DNA of 64,000 bases from Candidatus Latescibacterota bacterium (GTDB taxonomy: Bacteria > Latescibacterota > UBA2968 > UBA8231), in assembly GCA_965200315.1 (NCBI GenBank), contig OZ241362.1, positions 1,152,001 to 1,216,000 of the forward strand, given 5' to 3'. A model generated the notes under the pieces. The model worked only from the letters and a program-made list of their open reading frames with translations. It did no database searches and had not been told where the DNA came from. This document shows positions 38,713-48,662 of this stretch, piece by piece. The first letter of the stretch is position 1. Every line of letters begins with the position of its first letter. Both the position numbers and the translations under genes were made by a program.

Positions 38713-41700
38713 GTGCGCCTCAATCAACTTGAGATTTTCGGTTTTAAGTCCTTCGCCCAAAAGATCGTCATTCCCTTTGAACCGGGCATCACCGCCATAG
38801 TTGGCCCCAATGGCTGCGGCAAGTCCAATGTGGTGGAGGCCATCCGCTGGGTCTTGGGCGAACAGCGCGCCGGCACGTTCCGCAGCCAGCGCATGGAGGA
38901 TGTGATATTTGCCGGCACTCGCCATCGCAAGGCCCTCGGGATGGCCGAAGTCGCGTTGGCAATTGAAAACCGCGATAGTGCGCTGCCCGTCGAATTCGCC
39001 GAGGTCGTGCTAACTCGGCGTCTTTTTCGCTCTGGCGAAAGCGATTACCTGCTCAACAAGATCCCCTGCCGCCTCCTAGACATTACCAACCTGCTCATGG
39101 ATACCGGCTTGGGCCAAGGCGCTTATGCGGTGATGGAGCAGGGCATGGTCGATGAAATCATCAGCGACAAGACCGAGAACCGTCGCCGCATTCTCGAAGA
39201 GGCCGCCGGCATCACCAAGTACAAGGTTCGCCGGCGCTCCACGCGGAACCGCCTAGAAGCCACCCAAGCTGATCTACAGCGGATTGAAGACATCATCGCC
39301 GAGGTCAAACGCCAAGTTGACTACCTCGGTCGCCAAGTGGGGCGGGCGCGGCGTTACCGCGAACTCAAAGGGGAATTGGACCAGCTCGACGTGCGCTTGG
39401 GTCGCCAGCGCTTCTTCGCCCTCAGTGCCCAAATCGCCCCCCTGCAAGACGAATTCGCCGCACTCAGCAAGGCGGCCGAAGAAGGCTATACCCGCTTCAC
39501 CAGCCGCGAGGCCGAGCTCGAAAAGGCGCGTCTCGCGCTGACCGAGGCCGAGAAGGCCATGCAGGAAGCGGGCCTTGAACTCAATCGCCGCATCGAAGCC
39601 ATCCACGAGCGCGAACAACGCCTCGTAGCCGTGCGCGAGCGGCGCGAGGCAGCCGAACAAATCCGCAAACGCACGGCCCGCGAGCACGCTGATTACAGCA
39701 GCCAGCTCAAAGCTGTGCAGCAACAGTGCCGCGACAATACCTCTCACCGCGACGAAGCACACACGACTTTTGTGCAAATAGAGCGAGAATTACAGGCGCA
39801 CCAACAGCGCGCCGCCCAAGCCGAAGAGGAATACGGCAGCTACCGAACGGAGCTAGACCAACGCCAGCGCCAGCGCATGGAGTACCTGCGCCAAGGAAGC
39901 GAAATAAGCCGTGCGCTCGAGCGCCAACAGGCCGAGCGCGACGCGCTCGACGAACGCGCCGTTGCCATGCGCGGCGAAGAAGACGCGGCCACAGTCGAAC
40001 GCGAGCAAGCCCGGCAAGCGGCCGGCGAGGCCGAAGCCGCCCTCGCCGAAATTCGGCAGCAGCTATCCATCTGCCAACAACAACGCACCACAGCCCGCGC
40101 CGACCGCGACCAAACCGAAAAGGACCTCCGCGACCTCGGCGCACAACGCGATGCGGCCCGGCGTGCCGCTGAGGCCAACCAAGCGCGGCTCCAAGCCCTC
40201 GAAAAAGTCCGTGCCAACTACGAAGGCTATCAGAGCGGAGTCCGCACTTTGATGCTCGAATCGCCCCACGCCGCCCTCTTCCGCGGTGTGCTAGGCGACC
40301 TAGTGGAAGTTGAAGCCGGATATGCCCGCACGGTCGAGGTCGCCCTCGGCGAGGCACTCCAAGCATTGATCGCCGACTCAGACAGCGGCCTGCTCAAAGG
40401 AATTGCCCATCTTCGAGATCGTTCCGGGCGCGTCGGCATTCTCTCGCTAGAGGCTCCCCCGCGCACCCTCGGCCCGGTCTTGGACCCAGTTCCTATGCCC
40501 GGGCTCCGCGGCCCGCTGCTGGCCTACGTGCGGTCCGAAGCCTCCATCGCCCCCCTAATCGCCGGCCTCTTGCACAACACCTTTCTAGTGGACGACCTGC
40601 AAACCGCATTGGCCCTGACGCGCCGCTATCCGAGTGCCTACGTGCGCTGCGTCACGGCCGACGGCGACGCCGTCGATCTCTTTGGCCTCGCGTCGGGCGG
40701 CCAGAGCCAAGCCGAGGATTCAGGCGTCCTCGGCCGCGGGCGAGAAATCCGCACCCTGCGCTCGCTCGTCGCCCACCAAAACGCCCGCTACGCAGCCCTT
40801 GGCCCCCGGCTCGACGCACGCGCAGGGCAACTCCACGCGCTCGCGCAATGCCTAGAAAACCTAGCCGCCGAGAGCGAAACTTGGCGTACCAAGGAGCGCG
40901 AACAGGTCCACCAGCACCAGCGTGCCGACGCTGACGCCGAGCGGCTCGCCACGCGCCTCAAGCAACTCCACAGCGAAAGTTCCCGCTTGGCCACGCGCCG
41001 CCAAGCCCTCGACCAAAGCATCGCCGAGCAAGCCGAGCACCTGCGCCACAACGAGGCCGAGAGCACCCGCCTCAGCGAGAAAAGCAGCTCCTTAGAAGAG
41101 GATCTCAAACAGAGCGAAACCCGCCGGCGAGAGCGGCGCGAAGCACTGAGCACCCTCCAAGTGGAACACGCCCGCACTGCCGAAATAGTCCAAGGACTAG
41201 AGAGAGACGCCACCCGCCTGAAAAACATTGACGAGAACCTGCACAATAACATTGAGCGACTAGCGGCTGAAGGAGTCGCGGCCGAGCGCCAACAGGCCGA
41301 GTGCAGTGCGCACTGCACGGCCTTGGCGGACGAACTCAAAGGACTGCATCAAGGCCGTGAGACCTTGGCTGCCGAGCAAGATCAGCGCCGCCAACACTGG
41401 GCCGCGGCCAATACCCAAAACCGCGAGTTGCAGGAAAACATCAGCCGTTTGCAGCGGCAGCTCAACGAGCAGCGCGAGCGCCGCACGAGCCTCGAAGTGT
41501 GCATCTCCGAGTTGAAGCTACAGACCCAGCACATTCGCGAGCGCTTGCAGGAGGAGTATCACTGCGATGTCGCGGCCCTAGGCCCCCTCAACGAAATCAT
41601 CGACGAGGAAGCGGCGCAACAGCGCATTGACCAGTTGCGGCGGTCCCTACACCGCTTGGGTTCAGTACACTTAGGCGTCTTGGAAGAACACCAAGAGCAA

Positions 41701-42276
41701 AAGGAGCGCTACGATTTTCTCCGCCAACAGCGCGACGACCTAGTCATCGCCGCCGAGGACCTAAAGAAGACCCTCAGCCTGATCGACCGCACAGCGCGGC
41801 GGATGTTTCTCAAGTCTTTCGATCAGATCCGCGAGACGTTCAAAGGGGCCTTTGTCCGCTTCTTCCCCGGGGGCGAAGCCGACCTCCGTCTCGAGGAAAA
41901 CGTCGACGCCTTAGAGGCTCACATCGACATCATCGCCCGTCCCCGCGGCAAGCGCCTGCAAAACATTGCCCTGCTGTCGGGCGGCGAGCGGGCGCTGACG
42001 GCCATTGCACTGCTCTTTGCCATCTACCAAGTCAAGCCCAGCCCGTTCTGCATCCTCGACGAGGTCGATGCCCCGCTCGACGACGCCAACATCAATCGCT
42101 TCGTGCGCGTACTCAAGGAATTTGCGAGGGAGACGCAATTCGTCGTCGTGACTCACAACAAGATCACCATGGCAGCAGCCGACGCTCTGCACGGCGTCAC
42201 CATGCCCGAGGAAGGGGTTTCTCAGCTTGTTTCAGTGCGGGTCGAGGGCGAGGAATTGGAAGCCGCGGCGGGCTAA
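38713..42276 (+). CDS. smc: Chromosome segregation protein SMC
   Basis: GFKSFA, GPNGCGKSN, long coiled coils with hinge, LSGGERALTA, LDEVDAPLD, VVTHNK. Confidence 0.98.
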   Translation: MRLNQLEIFGFKSFAQKIVIPFEPGITAIVGPNGCGKSNVVEAIRWVLGEQRAGTFRSQRMEDVIFAGTRHRKALGMAEVALAIENRDSALPVEFAEVVLTRRLFRSGESDYLLNKIPCRLLDITNLLMDTGLGQGAYAVMEQGMVDEIISDKTENRRRILEEAAGITKYKVRRRSTRNRLEATQADLQRIEDIIAEVKRQVDYLGRQVGRARRYRELKGELDQLDVRLGRQRFFALSAQIAPLQDEFAALSKAAEEGYTRFTSREAELEKARLALTEAEKAMQEAGLELNRRIEAIHEREQRLVAVRERREAAEQIRKRTAREHADYSSQLKAVQQQCRDNTSHRDEAHTTFVQIERELQAHQQRAAQAEEEYGSYRTELDQRQRQRMEYLRQGSEISRALERQQAERDALDERAVAMRGEEDAATVEREQARQAAGEAEAALAEIRQQLSICQQQRTTARADRDQTEKDLRDLGAQRDAARRAAEANQARLQALEKVRANYEGYQSGVRTLMLESPHAALFRGVLGDLVEVEAGYARTVEVALGEALQALIADSDSGLLKGIAHLRDRSGRVGILSLEAPPRTLGPVLDPVPMPGLRGPLLAYVRSEASIAPLIAGLLHNTFLVDDLQTALALTRRYPSAYVRCVTADGDAVDLFGLASGGQSQAEDSGVLGRGREIRTLRSLVAHQNARYAALGPRLDARAGQLHALAQCLENLAAESETWRTKEREQVHQHQRADADAERLATRLKQLHSESSRLATRRQALDQSIAEQAEHLRHNEAESTRLSEKSSSLEEDLKQSETRRRERREALSTLQVEHARTAEIVQGLERDATRLKNIDENLHNNIERLAAEGVAAERQQAECSAHCTALADELKGLHQGRETLAAEQDQRRQHWAAANTQNRELQENISRLQRQLNEQRERRTSLEVCISELKLQTQHIRERLQEEYHCDVAALGPLNEIIDEEAAQQRIDQLRRSLHRLGSVHLGVLEEHQEQKERYDFLRQQRDDLVIAAEDLKKTLSLIDRTARRMFLKSFDQIRETFKGAFVRFFPGGEADLRLEENVDALEAHIDIIARPRGKRLQNIALLSGGERALTAIALLFAIYQVKPSPFCILDEVDAPLDDANINRFVRVLKEFARETQFVVVTHNKITMAAADALHGVTMPEEGVSQLVSVRVEGEELEAAAG

Positions 42277-42374
42277 GGGGTTTAGCAGCTCAGGAGTGCG
42301 TAATATCAGTTATCTAGGTTCTATATATAGAGGGTCCATTCGCATCGTGGCCGCTCGCAGGCGTAGGGGGCTAA

Positions 42375-43238
42375 TCAGCCCCGCCAGCGTGTCTCATCGA
42401 GGTCGTAGAGATTGTTGGCGATTAGCAAGCGAGCGCGCGGGGCCGCTCGCACATCGTCCCCGTTGAGTGCTCGGCGCAAAAACTCGGGATGTTCTTCTAG
42501 AAAAGTCCGCATCGCCGCGTGAGGATCTCGGTAGTACTCCACCAGTTTTGCCCCTTGCGCCTCGTCAATCCGCCCCATTTCAACTAAGCGACCAAAGAGT
42601 GCCTCATCTACCCGCATGAGCGCCCCGGCTGCAATGCCCTGCTCGTTGAGCGTATCAAGGCCGCCTTGGCCCCGGTCGATTACATTGGCCGCGTATGCTA
42701 TCCGCCCCCCACCTGCGGCCACGGCCGGGATCCAAGCGCGCAAGTAACTCGACGCCTCGGTCACCATGTCGGCCACGTGCAGCACATCCATGGCGTTTGC
42801 CTGCACTGTTCGCAGCCTTTGGCCTTCCAACACCACAGTGCGGCCATCCTTGTAAATCAACAGCGACGGCTTTCCCAGCCGCTCGGCTACGGCCAAAGAA
42901 AAATACCAGTCGCGGCGCTCACCGCCGGACACGCCGTCAAAATGTGCATCGCTTTCTCGAGCCAGCGCGACCAACCCATCGACAACTTGGCGATACACAG
43001 CATCTGCCTCGTATTGACCCTCCACGCGCTCCTGCAAGCGCTGTGGGAAATCCGCATCCTCTTTGTGCACGTCAATGAAGGCCAAAAGCTGCTGTGCCTG
43101 CTCCGACCCGCCATAGAGATATTCGGCATTGATGTAGTAGGGGCCAACCGTGCCGGAGGTGTACCAAAACACCTCCCCCTGTGGGGCAAGGCGCAATGCC
43201 TGCGTGTCTAAGAGAGCTGCCAAGAGATCAAAGGCCAT
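42375..43238 (-). CDS. Type I phosphoribosyltransferase (divergent orotate PRTase-like)
   Basis: FWYTSG..GPYYIN, SGGERRDW, HVADMVTEASS (PRPP loop-like), VIDRGQGG. Confidence 0.75.
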   Translation of the reverse strand: MAFDLLAALLDTQALRLAPQGEVFWYTSGTVGPYYINAEYLYGGSEQAQQLLAFIDVHKEDADFPQRLQERVEGQYEADAVYRQVVDGLVALARESDAHFDGVSGGERRDWYFSLAVAERLGKPSLLIYKDGRTVVLEGQRLRTVQANAMDVLHVADMVTEASSYLRAWIPAVAAGGGRIAYAANVIDRGQGGLDTLNEQGIAAGALMRVDEALFGRLVEMGRIDEAQGAKLVEYYRDPHAAMRTFLEEHPEFLRRALNGDDVRAAPRARLLIANNLYDLDETRWRG

Positions 43239-43323
43239 AAAACCTCCTTTTCTAATTTTGGTGGTTCAAAAGTTGATAGGACTTTCAGGGGCCTGTTCTG
43301 GCAAACTCGAAAAGCAACGGTCA

Positions 43324-43749
43324 CTAGCCGAGCGTCCGCTCGACATAGCAGGCAAACGTCTCAAAATCGTCGATGCCTACGCGCAGTGCTTCCGCAATTA
43401 CCTCGAGGTCAACGTCCAAATAACCATGTACTAAGACGTTGCGGAAGCCGGCCACTTTCCGAAACTCGGCCGCAAATTCGCCTGGCAAGATAGCTGCGTC
43501 CGCGAGGCGATCGATAGCAGACGCATAATCCGGCGCGTCCAGTCCCACTGCCGACGATAGGTGGGTGGCAATGTCCAAGGCGTTCTGTGCACAAAGTTGC
43601 AGCCCTCGCTCAATGGCCAAGCGGCGATCGCGATCTTCCAGCAACGCCTGCACAGAAATTCCCGTGTGTCGGCGCAGGTTGGCAACCTCTAGGCGCAACG
43701 CCGTCAGATGACGGCGAATTTGGGGAGGGTCCAAGCGTCCGGGATTCAT
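43324..43749 (-). CDS. hepT: HepT/DUF86 HEPN ribonuclease toxin
   Basis: AIERGLQL..Q..LDIA.H, HEPN motif GFRNVLVHGY; ATGA overlap with mntA. Confidence 0.92.
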   Translation of the reverse strand: MNPGRLDPPQIRRHLTALRLEVANLRRHTGISVQALLEDRDRRLAIERGLQLCAQNALDIATHLSSAVGLDAPDYASAIDRLADAAILPGEFAAEFRKVAGFRNVLVHGYLDVDLEVIAEALRVGIDDFETFACYVERTLG

Positions 43750-44189
43750 CGCTCGTCTGCGCTGTCGAGCGTACGCCACGATGCCTCGATCTTGGCGAGT
43801 TGCGGAACGTAGTCGCAGTAGCGCGAGAGGGCTTGGCCTTCGCGCGTCGTCGTGGCGGCAAGGTCTCGCGCAACGACCCGCACACCGTCCCGCAACACCC
43901 GATAGTAGAGGACAGGTGGAGCACCGTTGAGGATGAGCACATCTACATCGTTGGTCTGGAGCCCGGCCATGAGCTTAGTCGTGAGTGCGGCTCGGTATCC
44001 AAAAGGACCGGCCTCGGCCAACCTTTCTTCAATAAACACCGCTATGTCAATGTCGCTGTGGGATTGCGCCCGTCCTTGGGCGTGGGAACCAAAAAGGTAC
44101 GCTTCGAGGACCTCCTCGCACGGCGATAACAAAGACGCAATCCGGGCGACCAACATAGCTCTATCGTTCACGGGGTCCTTGTTCCTCAC
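43746..44189 (-). CDS. mntA: MntA minimal nucleotidyltransferase antitoxin
   Basis: AYLFGSHAQG....SDIDIAV, VDVLILN.APP. Confidence 0.92.
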   Translation of the reverse strand: MRNKDPVNDRAMLVARIASLLSPCEEVLEAYLFGSHAQGRAQSHSDIDIAVFIEERLAEAGPFGYRAALTTKLMAGLQTNDVDVLILNGAPPVLYYRVLRDGVRVVARDLAATTTREGQALSRYCDYVPQLAKIEASWRTLDSADER

Positions 44190-44325
44190 CTCGGTTGGCC
44201 TACTGAAAAAGCCCGTGGCAGCAAGTCGAGCTTTTCTCCCACCTCTGCGGGAAGCGCGAAACAGTAGTGTAGCAAAAAAAGGCCACCGGCGCAGATATGC
44301 AGGTTTTGGGTACGCCTAAAACCGC

Positions 44326-44862
44326 TTAGTCGGGCAAGTCTTCTTCTGGAATGTCGCGCAGGCGCGGATTATCGAGATCGCGCGGCGAGAGAATCGGCAC
44401 CCCCTCAATACTCCAGTCCAATCCCGTATCGGGATCGTCCCAAGCCACGCCCCATTCGTCCGTGCCGTCGTAATAGGAATCGACCAAATAAAAAAGCATC
44501 GCATCGGTGACGGCGTAAAAGCCATGCGCTACCCCCACCGGAATAAAGACGCCCCGCAATACCTCTTGATCTAACTCGATGACCTGTCCCTGCCCTCGAG
44601 TCGGCGAACTCCGGCGCAAATCGAGCAACCCGACGCGCAACGCGCCCATGCCGCAGTGCCAGTAGTCAACTTGGCGATGGTGATAGTGCAAACCGCGCAG
44701 CACGCCCTGTTGCGACTCCGACCGGCTCCACTGCAAAGCCTCCCAGCGGGGAAACCACTCCTTGCGATACACCTCGGTAAAGCGACCCCGCTCGTCGCCG
44801 TGCGACTGTAGCTCGGCTATATAGACGCCTTCAATGACCGTAGAGGGGCTGAGTTGGGCCAT
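44326..44862 (-). CDS. rmlC: dTDP-4-dehydrorhamnose 3,5-epimerase family cupin
   Basis: DERGRFTE, GVLRGLHYH, DLRRSSPT, IPVGVAHGF, WDDP, LSPRD. Confidence 0.9.
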   Translation of the reverse strand: MAQLSPSTVIEGVYIAELQSHGDERGRFTEVYRKEWFPRWEALQWSRSESQQGVLRGLHYHHRQVDYWHCGMGALRVGLLDLRRSSPTRGQGQVIELDQEVLRGVFIPVGVAHGFYAVTDAMLFYLVDSYYDGTDEWGVAWDDPDTGLDWSIEGVPILSPRDLDNPRLRDIPEEDLPD

Positions 44863-44863
44863 C

Positions 44864-45481
44864 TCAAGCGGCCTTGCCACAGCATCTTTTGAACTTTTTG
44901 CCGCTGCCGCAGGGGCACGGGTCGTTGCGGCCGACTTTGGGGGCTTTGCGGCGGAAGGTCTCTACCTTGCCGGGAAAGAGCCGACCTCCGTCCAGCGCGT
45001 CGGCAGGTTTTTCACCTTCTAACGCGGGGCGCGGCGTCTGCAACCACTCCTCGTGCAATTCCCGCATGGCCTCGCTCATCTCCGCTTCGCCCAGTTCGCC
45101 ATCGAACCCGCGCTCTTGGCAAAAGGCACTAAAATCGGCCAGCAAGGCTCCCTGCGGTGAGCGCAGCATTTCCTCGACCTGCTGCACGTCAACCCCGGGC
45201 GGCAGGGCCTGCTGGAGTTGGGCCAAGTCCAAGTCCTCCACCGCGGCAGGTTCCTCGTCGTCTGTATCCGCGACGGGAGCAGGTGCTACCGCATCGGCGA
45301 TTTCGGCCAGTATTTGGCCCATTTCACTGCGATCGGCCTCAGTGGCCGCTGGCAGTACTTGATCGACAATCCAATCGACCTCTTCGCCATCTGCCAACAG
45401 CTCAACTATCTCTTCAGCCGAGAATTTTTCTCCCCCCTTGGCTTGGCACAATGCCTCCAAGCGCGTGGCCAACTCCTGCAC
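44864..45481 (-). CDS. SEC-C metal-binding motif protein
   Basis: C-terminal [21 protein letters not shown]; acidic helical N-terminus. Confidence 0.85.
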   Translation of the reverse strand: MQELATRLEALCQAKGGEKFSAEEIVELLADGEEVDWIVDQVLPAATEADRSEMGQILAEIADAVAPAPVADTDDEEPAAVEDLDLAQLQQALPPGVDVQQVEEMLRSPQGALLADFSAFCQERGFDGELGEAEMSEAMRELHEEWLQTPRPALEGEKPADALDGGRLFPGKVETFRRKAPKVGRNDPCPCGSGKKFKRCCGKAA

Positions 45482-45566
45482 GAGCGCACTCCATTTTCAG
45501 CAATTATGTGGGCGAATTTACCGGTGCGAAATCTACCGCTTGCCCCTGTACCTGTCAAAAGATGCA

Positions 45567-45600
45567 CCTCAGAAATCTGAGGATGCTCAAATATCTGAGG
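45567..45600. promoter_or_regulatory. Tandem palindromic operator/enhancer sites
   Basis: CCTCAGA-AA-TCTGAGG (45567-45582) and GCTCAAA-TA-TCTGAGG (45585-45600). Confidence 0.6.
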
Positions 45601-45664
45601 CTTTTTGTTGCTAAAAACTCCTAAAAACGGGCGATAAGACGCGTATTTTCCCCTTATTGAAGAA

Positions 45665-45679
45665 TGGCACGATTATTGC
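45665..45679 (+). promoter_or_regulatory. Sigma-54 promoter upstream of the ECF sigma gene
   Basis: TGGCACGATTATTGC, exact TGGCACG-N4-TTGC consensus, ending about 58 bp before the ATG. Confidence 0.8.
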
Positions 45680-45736
45680 GTGTGTACGTATAACATGACA
45701 AAAATCGCTTGAATTGTACCAGAAAGGAGCACAACC

Positions 45737-46345
45737 ATGGTAGCGATGAATGAACTCACAGATCGGGAAATTTTGCTGCGAGCGGCCGAAGACCAAGGTC
45801 ATCTCGGCGTGCTGGTCAAACGCTATCGCACCCCCCTGTACAACTTTGTCTATCGCTTTGTCGGCGACAGGGAAACGGCCGAGGACATCGTCCAAGAAAC
45901 TTTTCTCCGCTGCTTGCGCCACAGCCACCAGTACCCAGCCATCGAACAGGTTTCCACTTGGCTCTACACCATTGCCGGCAACTTGGCCAAAACTGAATTG
46001 CGCCGCCGCAAGCGCTGGAATTGGATTCCAATCAGCCCCAGTGACGATGAACAGACCGCCGCCTTTTACGAGCCGCCGGCCAAGGACCCGATCCCCGGCG
46101 AACAGGCCGACGGCAACCGCGTCAAGTCCCTCGTCGTCGACGCCATCGAGGACCTGCCCTCAGAATTTCGCTCCGCCGTGCTCCTCCGCGATTTGAAAGG
46201 GCTCTCGTACGAGGAAATTGCCAAGATCATCAACTGCCCCGTAGGCACGGTCAAATCGCGCGTCAACCGGGGCCGCCTGCGGCTGCAAAAGACCTTGCGC
46301 GGGCTGGCCGAAGAAGTGATCGGATCGCTCGCCGCACCAGCCTGA
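45737..46345 (+). CDS. ECF sigma-70 factor
   Basis: AEDIVQETF, STWLYTIA.N, LLRDLKGLSYEEIA, GTVKSRVNRGR. Confidence 0.95.
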   Translation: MVAMNELTDREILLRAAEDQGHLGVLVKRYRTPLYNFVYRFVGDRETAEDIVQETFLRCLRHSHQYPAIEQVSTWLYTIAGNLAKTELRRRKRWNWIPISPSDDEQTAAFYEPPAKDPIPGEQADGNRVKSLVVDAIEDLPSEFRSAVLLRDLKGLSYEEIAKIINCPVGTVKSRVNRGRLRLQKTLRGLAEEVIGSLAAPA

Positions 46346-46432
46346 TTTCTTTGCCAGCTCCCGTAGAGGCGTTGTCATTGCCCCGCGGCTTGCTCCTAAT
46401 TATCTTCGCTCATTCGCAATTAGGAGCAAGCC

Positions 46433-47488
46433 ATGACCATTGATACCCAACGCCTCTACGGCTTTGTCGAGCAATTGCTCGCCGCGCACGCGCCCTCGGG
46501 CGCAGAATCCGCTATGGACGCCCTCGTCAACGAGCTTACCGCCCCCATTGGCAACGCCGTCTGGCAAGACGCGGCCGACAACATCATCATCCACATCAAA
46601 GGCCAAAGCCACGACCAGCCCGTGGCAGCCGTCGCCCACAAGGACGAAATCGCCCTCATCGTCAAGCGCATTGAGTCCGACGGCAAAATCAGGGTGCAGC
46701 CCTTGGGCGGATTGCACCCTTGGGCACTAGGTGAAAGCCCGGTAGAGATCATGGCGCGGGACGGCCTCTGTCGAGGCGTGCTTTCCACCGGTGCCAAACA
46801 CGTCTCCACAGAGAGCCCGGCGGGGCGGCTCAAAGATGGCCAACCGCTCAAGTGGGAACAGATGTGGATTGAAACGAGGCTCGCGGCTGAAGAGTTGGCC
46901 CAGCGCGGGATCCGCGCCGGTACTCGGGTCGTCATCGCCGGCAAACACAAGACGCTCTGGCGTTTGGGCGATTGCGTCTGCGGCTACAATCTCGATTGCC
47001 GCGCCGGCTTGGCGGCCATGCTCGAAGTGGGCCTGCACTTGCGGGAGAATCGACCGGCCCAAGACGTATATCTAGTGGCCAGCTCCAGCGAGGAAATCGG
47101 CGGCCACGGCGCTACCTATGCGCTCGGACGGCTGCCGGTTGACGCGGCCGTTGCCGTTGACATCGCGCCCGCGGCAGCCGAATACGGCACGGCCAACAGC
47201 GGCAACCCCATCATCGGCGTCCGGGACAGTCGCGGCCTGTACGACACACGCATCATCAACCGCTTTGACTCCCTAGCCGCCACTTGCGGGTTCGGCATCC
47301 AAATGGCCGTCCTCACTTCGTATTCCAGCGACTCGTCAATTGCCAAAACGTCCGGTGCCATTGCGCGCGCTGCGCTGATTGGCTATCCAGGCGAAAACAC
47401 GCACGGGTACGAAATCTGCGCGTGGGACGGCATCGTCAATACAGCGCGATTGCTTTTGGCTTATCTGGAAAATCCAGTGGTGGACTAA
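46433..47488 (+). CDS. M42 family metallopeptidase
   Basis: APSGAE, AHKDEI, LDCRAG, EEIG, VDIA, SSDS, NTHGYE. Confidence 0.88.
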   Translation: MTIDTQRLYGFVEQLLAAHAPSGAESAMDALVNELTAPIGNAVWQDAADNIIIHIKGQSHDQPVAAVAHKDEIALIVKRIESDGKIRVQPLGGLHPWALGESPVEIMARDGLCRGVLSTGAKHVSTESPAGRLKDGQPLKWEQMWIETRLAAEELAQRGIRAGTRVVIAGKHKTLWRLGDCVCGYNLDCRAGLAAMLEVGLHLRENRPAQDVYLVASSSEEIGGHGATYALGRLPVDAAVAVDIAPAAAEYGTANSGNPIIGVRDSRGLYDTRIINRFDSLAATCGFGIQMAVLTSYSSDSSIAKTSGAIARAALIGYPGENTHGYEICAWDGIVNTARLLLAYLENPVVD

Positions 47489-47500
47489 GGCCCCGAACAA

Positions 47501-47530
47501 CATCTTCCCCCATCTGCGTCCATCTGCGGA
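47501..47530. repeat. 10-bp-period REP-like tandem repeat between convergent genes
   Basis: CATCTTCCCC CATCTGCGTC CATCTGCGGA. Confidence 0.5.
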
Positions 47531-47575
47531 TACTCTACCGCCGTGCGACAGTTGCCCAAGGGTTTTGAGAACGCT

Positions 47576-48628
47576 CTAAAACGCTCGCCGGACCAAAAAG
47601 TCCAGCATTTCTCCCAGCATATCGCGTACGGGATTGGCCGGAAGTTTCTCTAGGTATGTCAAGCTCTCTTCGACCTTCTGCTGGCACACGCCCTCGACGT
47701 AGCGGTCGCATTCGTAGCGCTCGACTAAGGCGATGACTCGCTCGATTTCGGCGGCTGTGTTGAGGTGCCGCTCCTCGTGTAAGATCGCCATCACTTCTTC
47801 GCGCTCCGCCGCGTTGCATTTGCCCAATAGGTCGATGATAATCAAGGTCCGCTTTCCCTCCGCAATATCCCCACCCCGCTCCTTGCCATAGGCCCCAGAA
47901 GTAACCCCTGGCGCAGAGCCAGCGTCCTGTTCGGAAGAGCTCAAGTTCAGCAGGTCGTCGCGGAGTTGGAACGCGATGGCCATGGACTCGCCGAAGTCGC
48001 CGATACAAGTTCGCAATTCCGTATCGGCACCCGCGATAATCGCCCCGGCCGTACACGGCCCCCGACCCGTGTACCACCCAGTCTTCTTGCGCAACATGGC
48101 CATAAACTCGTCCTCGCTGGGAATGTAGCGCTGGCGAATCCAGCCCACATCGTACGCCTGTCCCTCAAACGTCTCGCACGAGCCGCGAATCATCTCGTCT
48201 ATCAAATCGAGCGCGATATCCGCCCCTAACACCTCGCGGTTCGCGCCGAGGATCTCAAAGACCTTGGCGTACAGGGCATCGCCGACGTTGATGGTCAACG
48301 GAATACCGTGCAGCTTGTGCAAACAGGGCTTGCCGCGCCGCATCTCCGAATCGTCTTCAATATCGTCGTGGACCACGGCAAACGACTGGAACATCTCAAA
48401 GGCCACCGCAGTCCGCATAGCTTTCTTCACGTCGCCGCCGCAGGCTTGGCACGCCAACAGCACTAGCACCGGGCGGAACCGCTTGCCGCCGCGCTCCGGG
48501 TAGTCGCGCATCAGCCGATATAGAAAGTCCTCGGGTTCGCGCACCGCGAGGAACGAAAACATCTCCTCTTCTAGGTCTGGAATGTAGCGGTGTAAAAACT
48601 GGCGCAGGCCTCCGGGGACCGCAGACAT
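47576..48628 (-). CDS. Polyprenyl diphosphate synthase (IdsA/GGPP-synthase-like)
   Basis: GGKRFRP, VHDDIEDDSEMRRG, GQAYD, KKTG, AFQLRDD, DIAEGKRT. Confidence 0.93.
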   Translation of the reverse strand: MSAVPGGLRQFLHRYIPDLEEEMFSFLAVREPEDFLYRLMRDYPERGGKRFRPVLVLLACQACGGDVKKAMRTAVAFEMFQSFAVVHDDIEDDSEMRRGKPCLHKLHGIPLTINVGDALYAKVFEILGANREVLGADIALDLIDEMIRGSCETFEGQAYDVGWIRQRYIPSEDEFMAMLRKKTGWYTGRGPCTAGAIIAGADTELRTCIGDFGESMAIAFQLRDDLLNLSSSEQDAGSAPGVTSGAYGKERGGDIAEGKRTLIIIDLLGKCNAAEREEVMAILHEERHLNTAAEIERVIALVERYECDRYVEGVCQQKVEESLTYLEKLPANPVRDMLGEMLDFLVRRAF

Positions 48629-48662
48629 GTTCAACCTTTCGTTGTGAATGGCGCGAGCGGAC

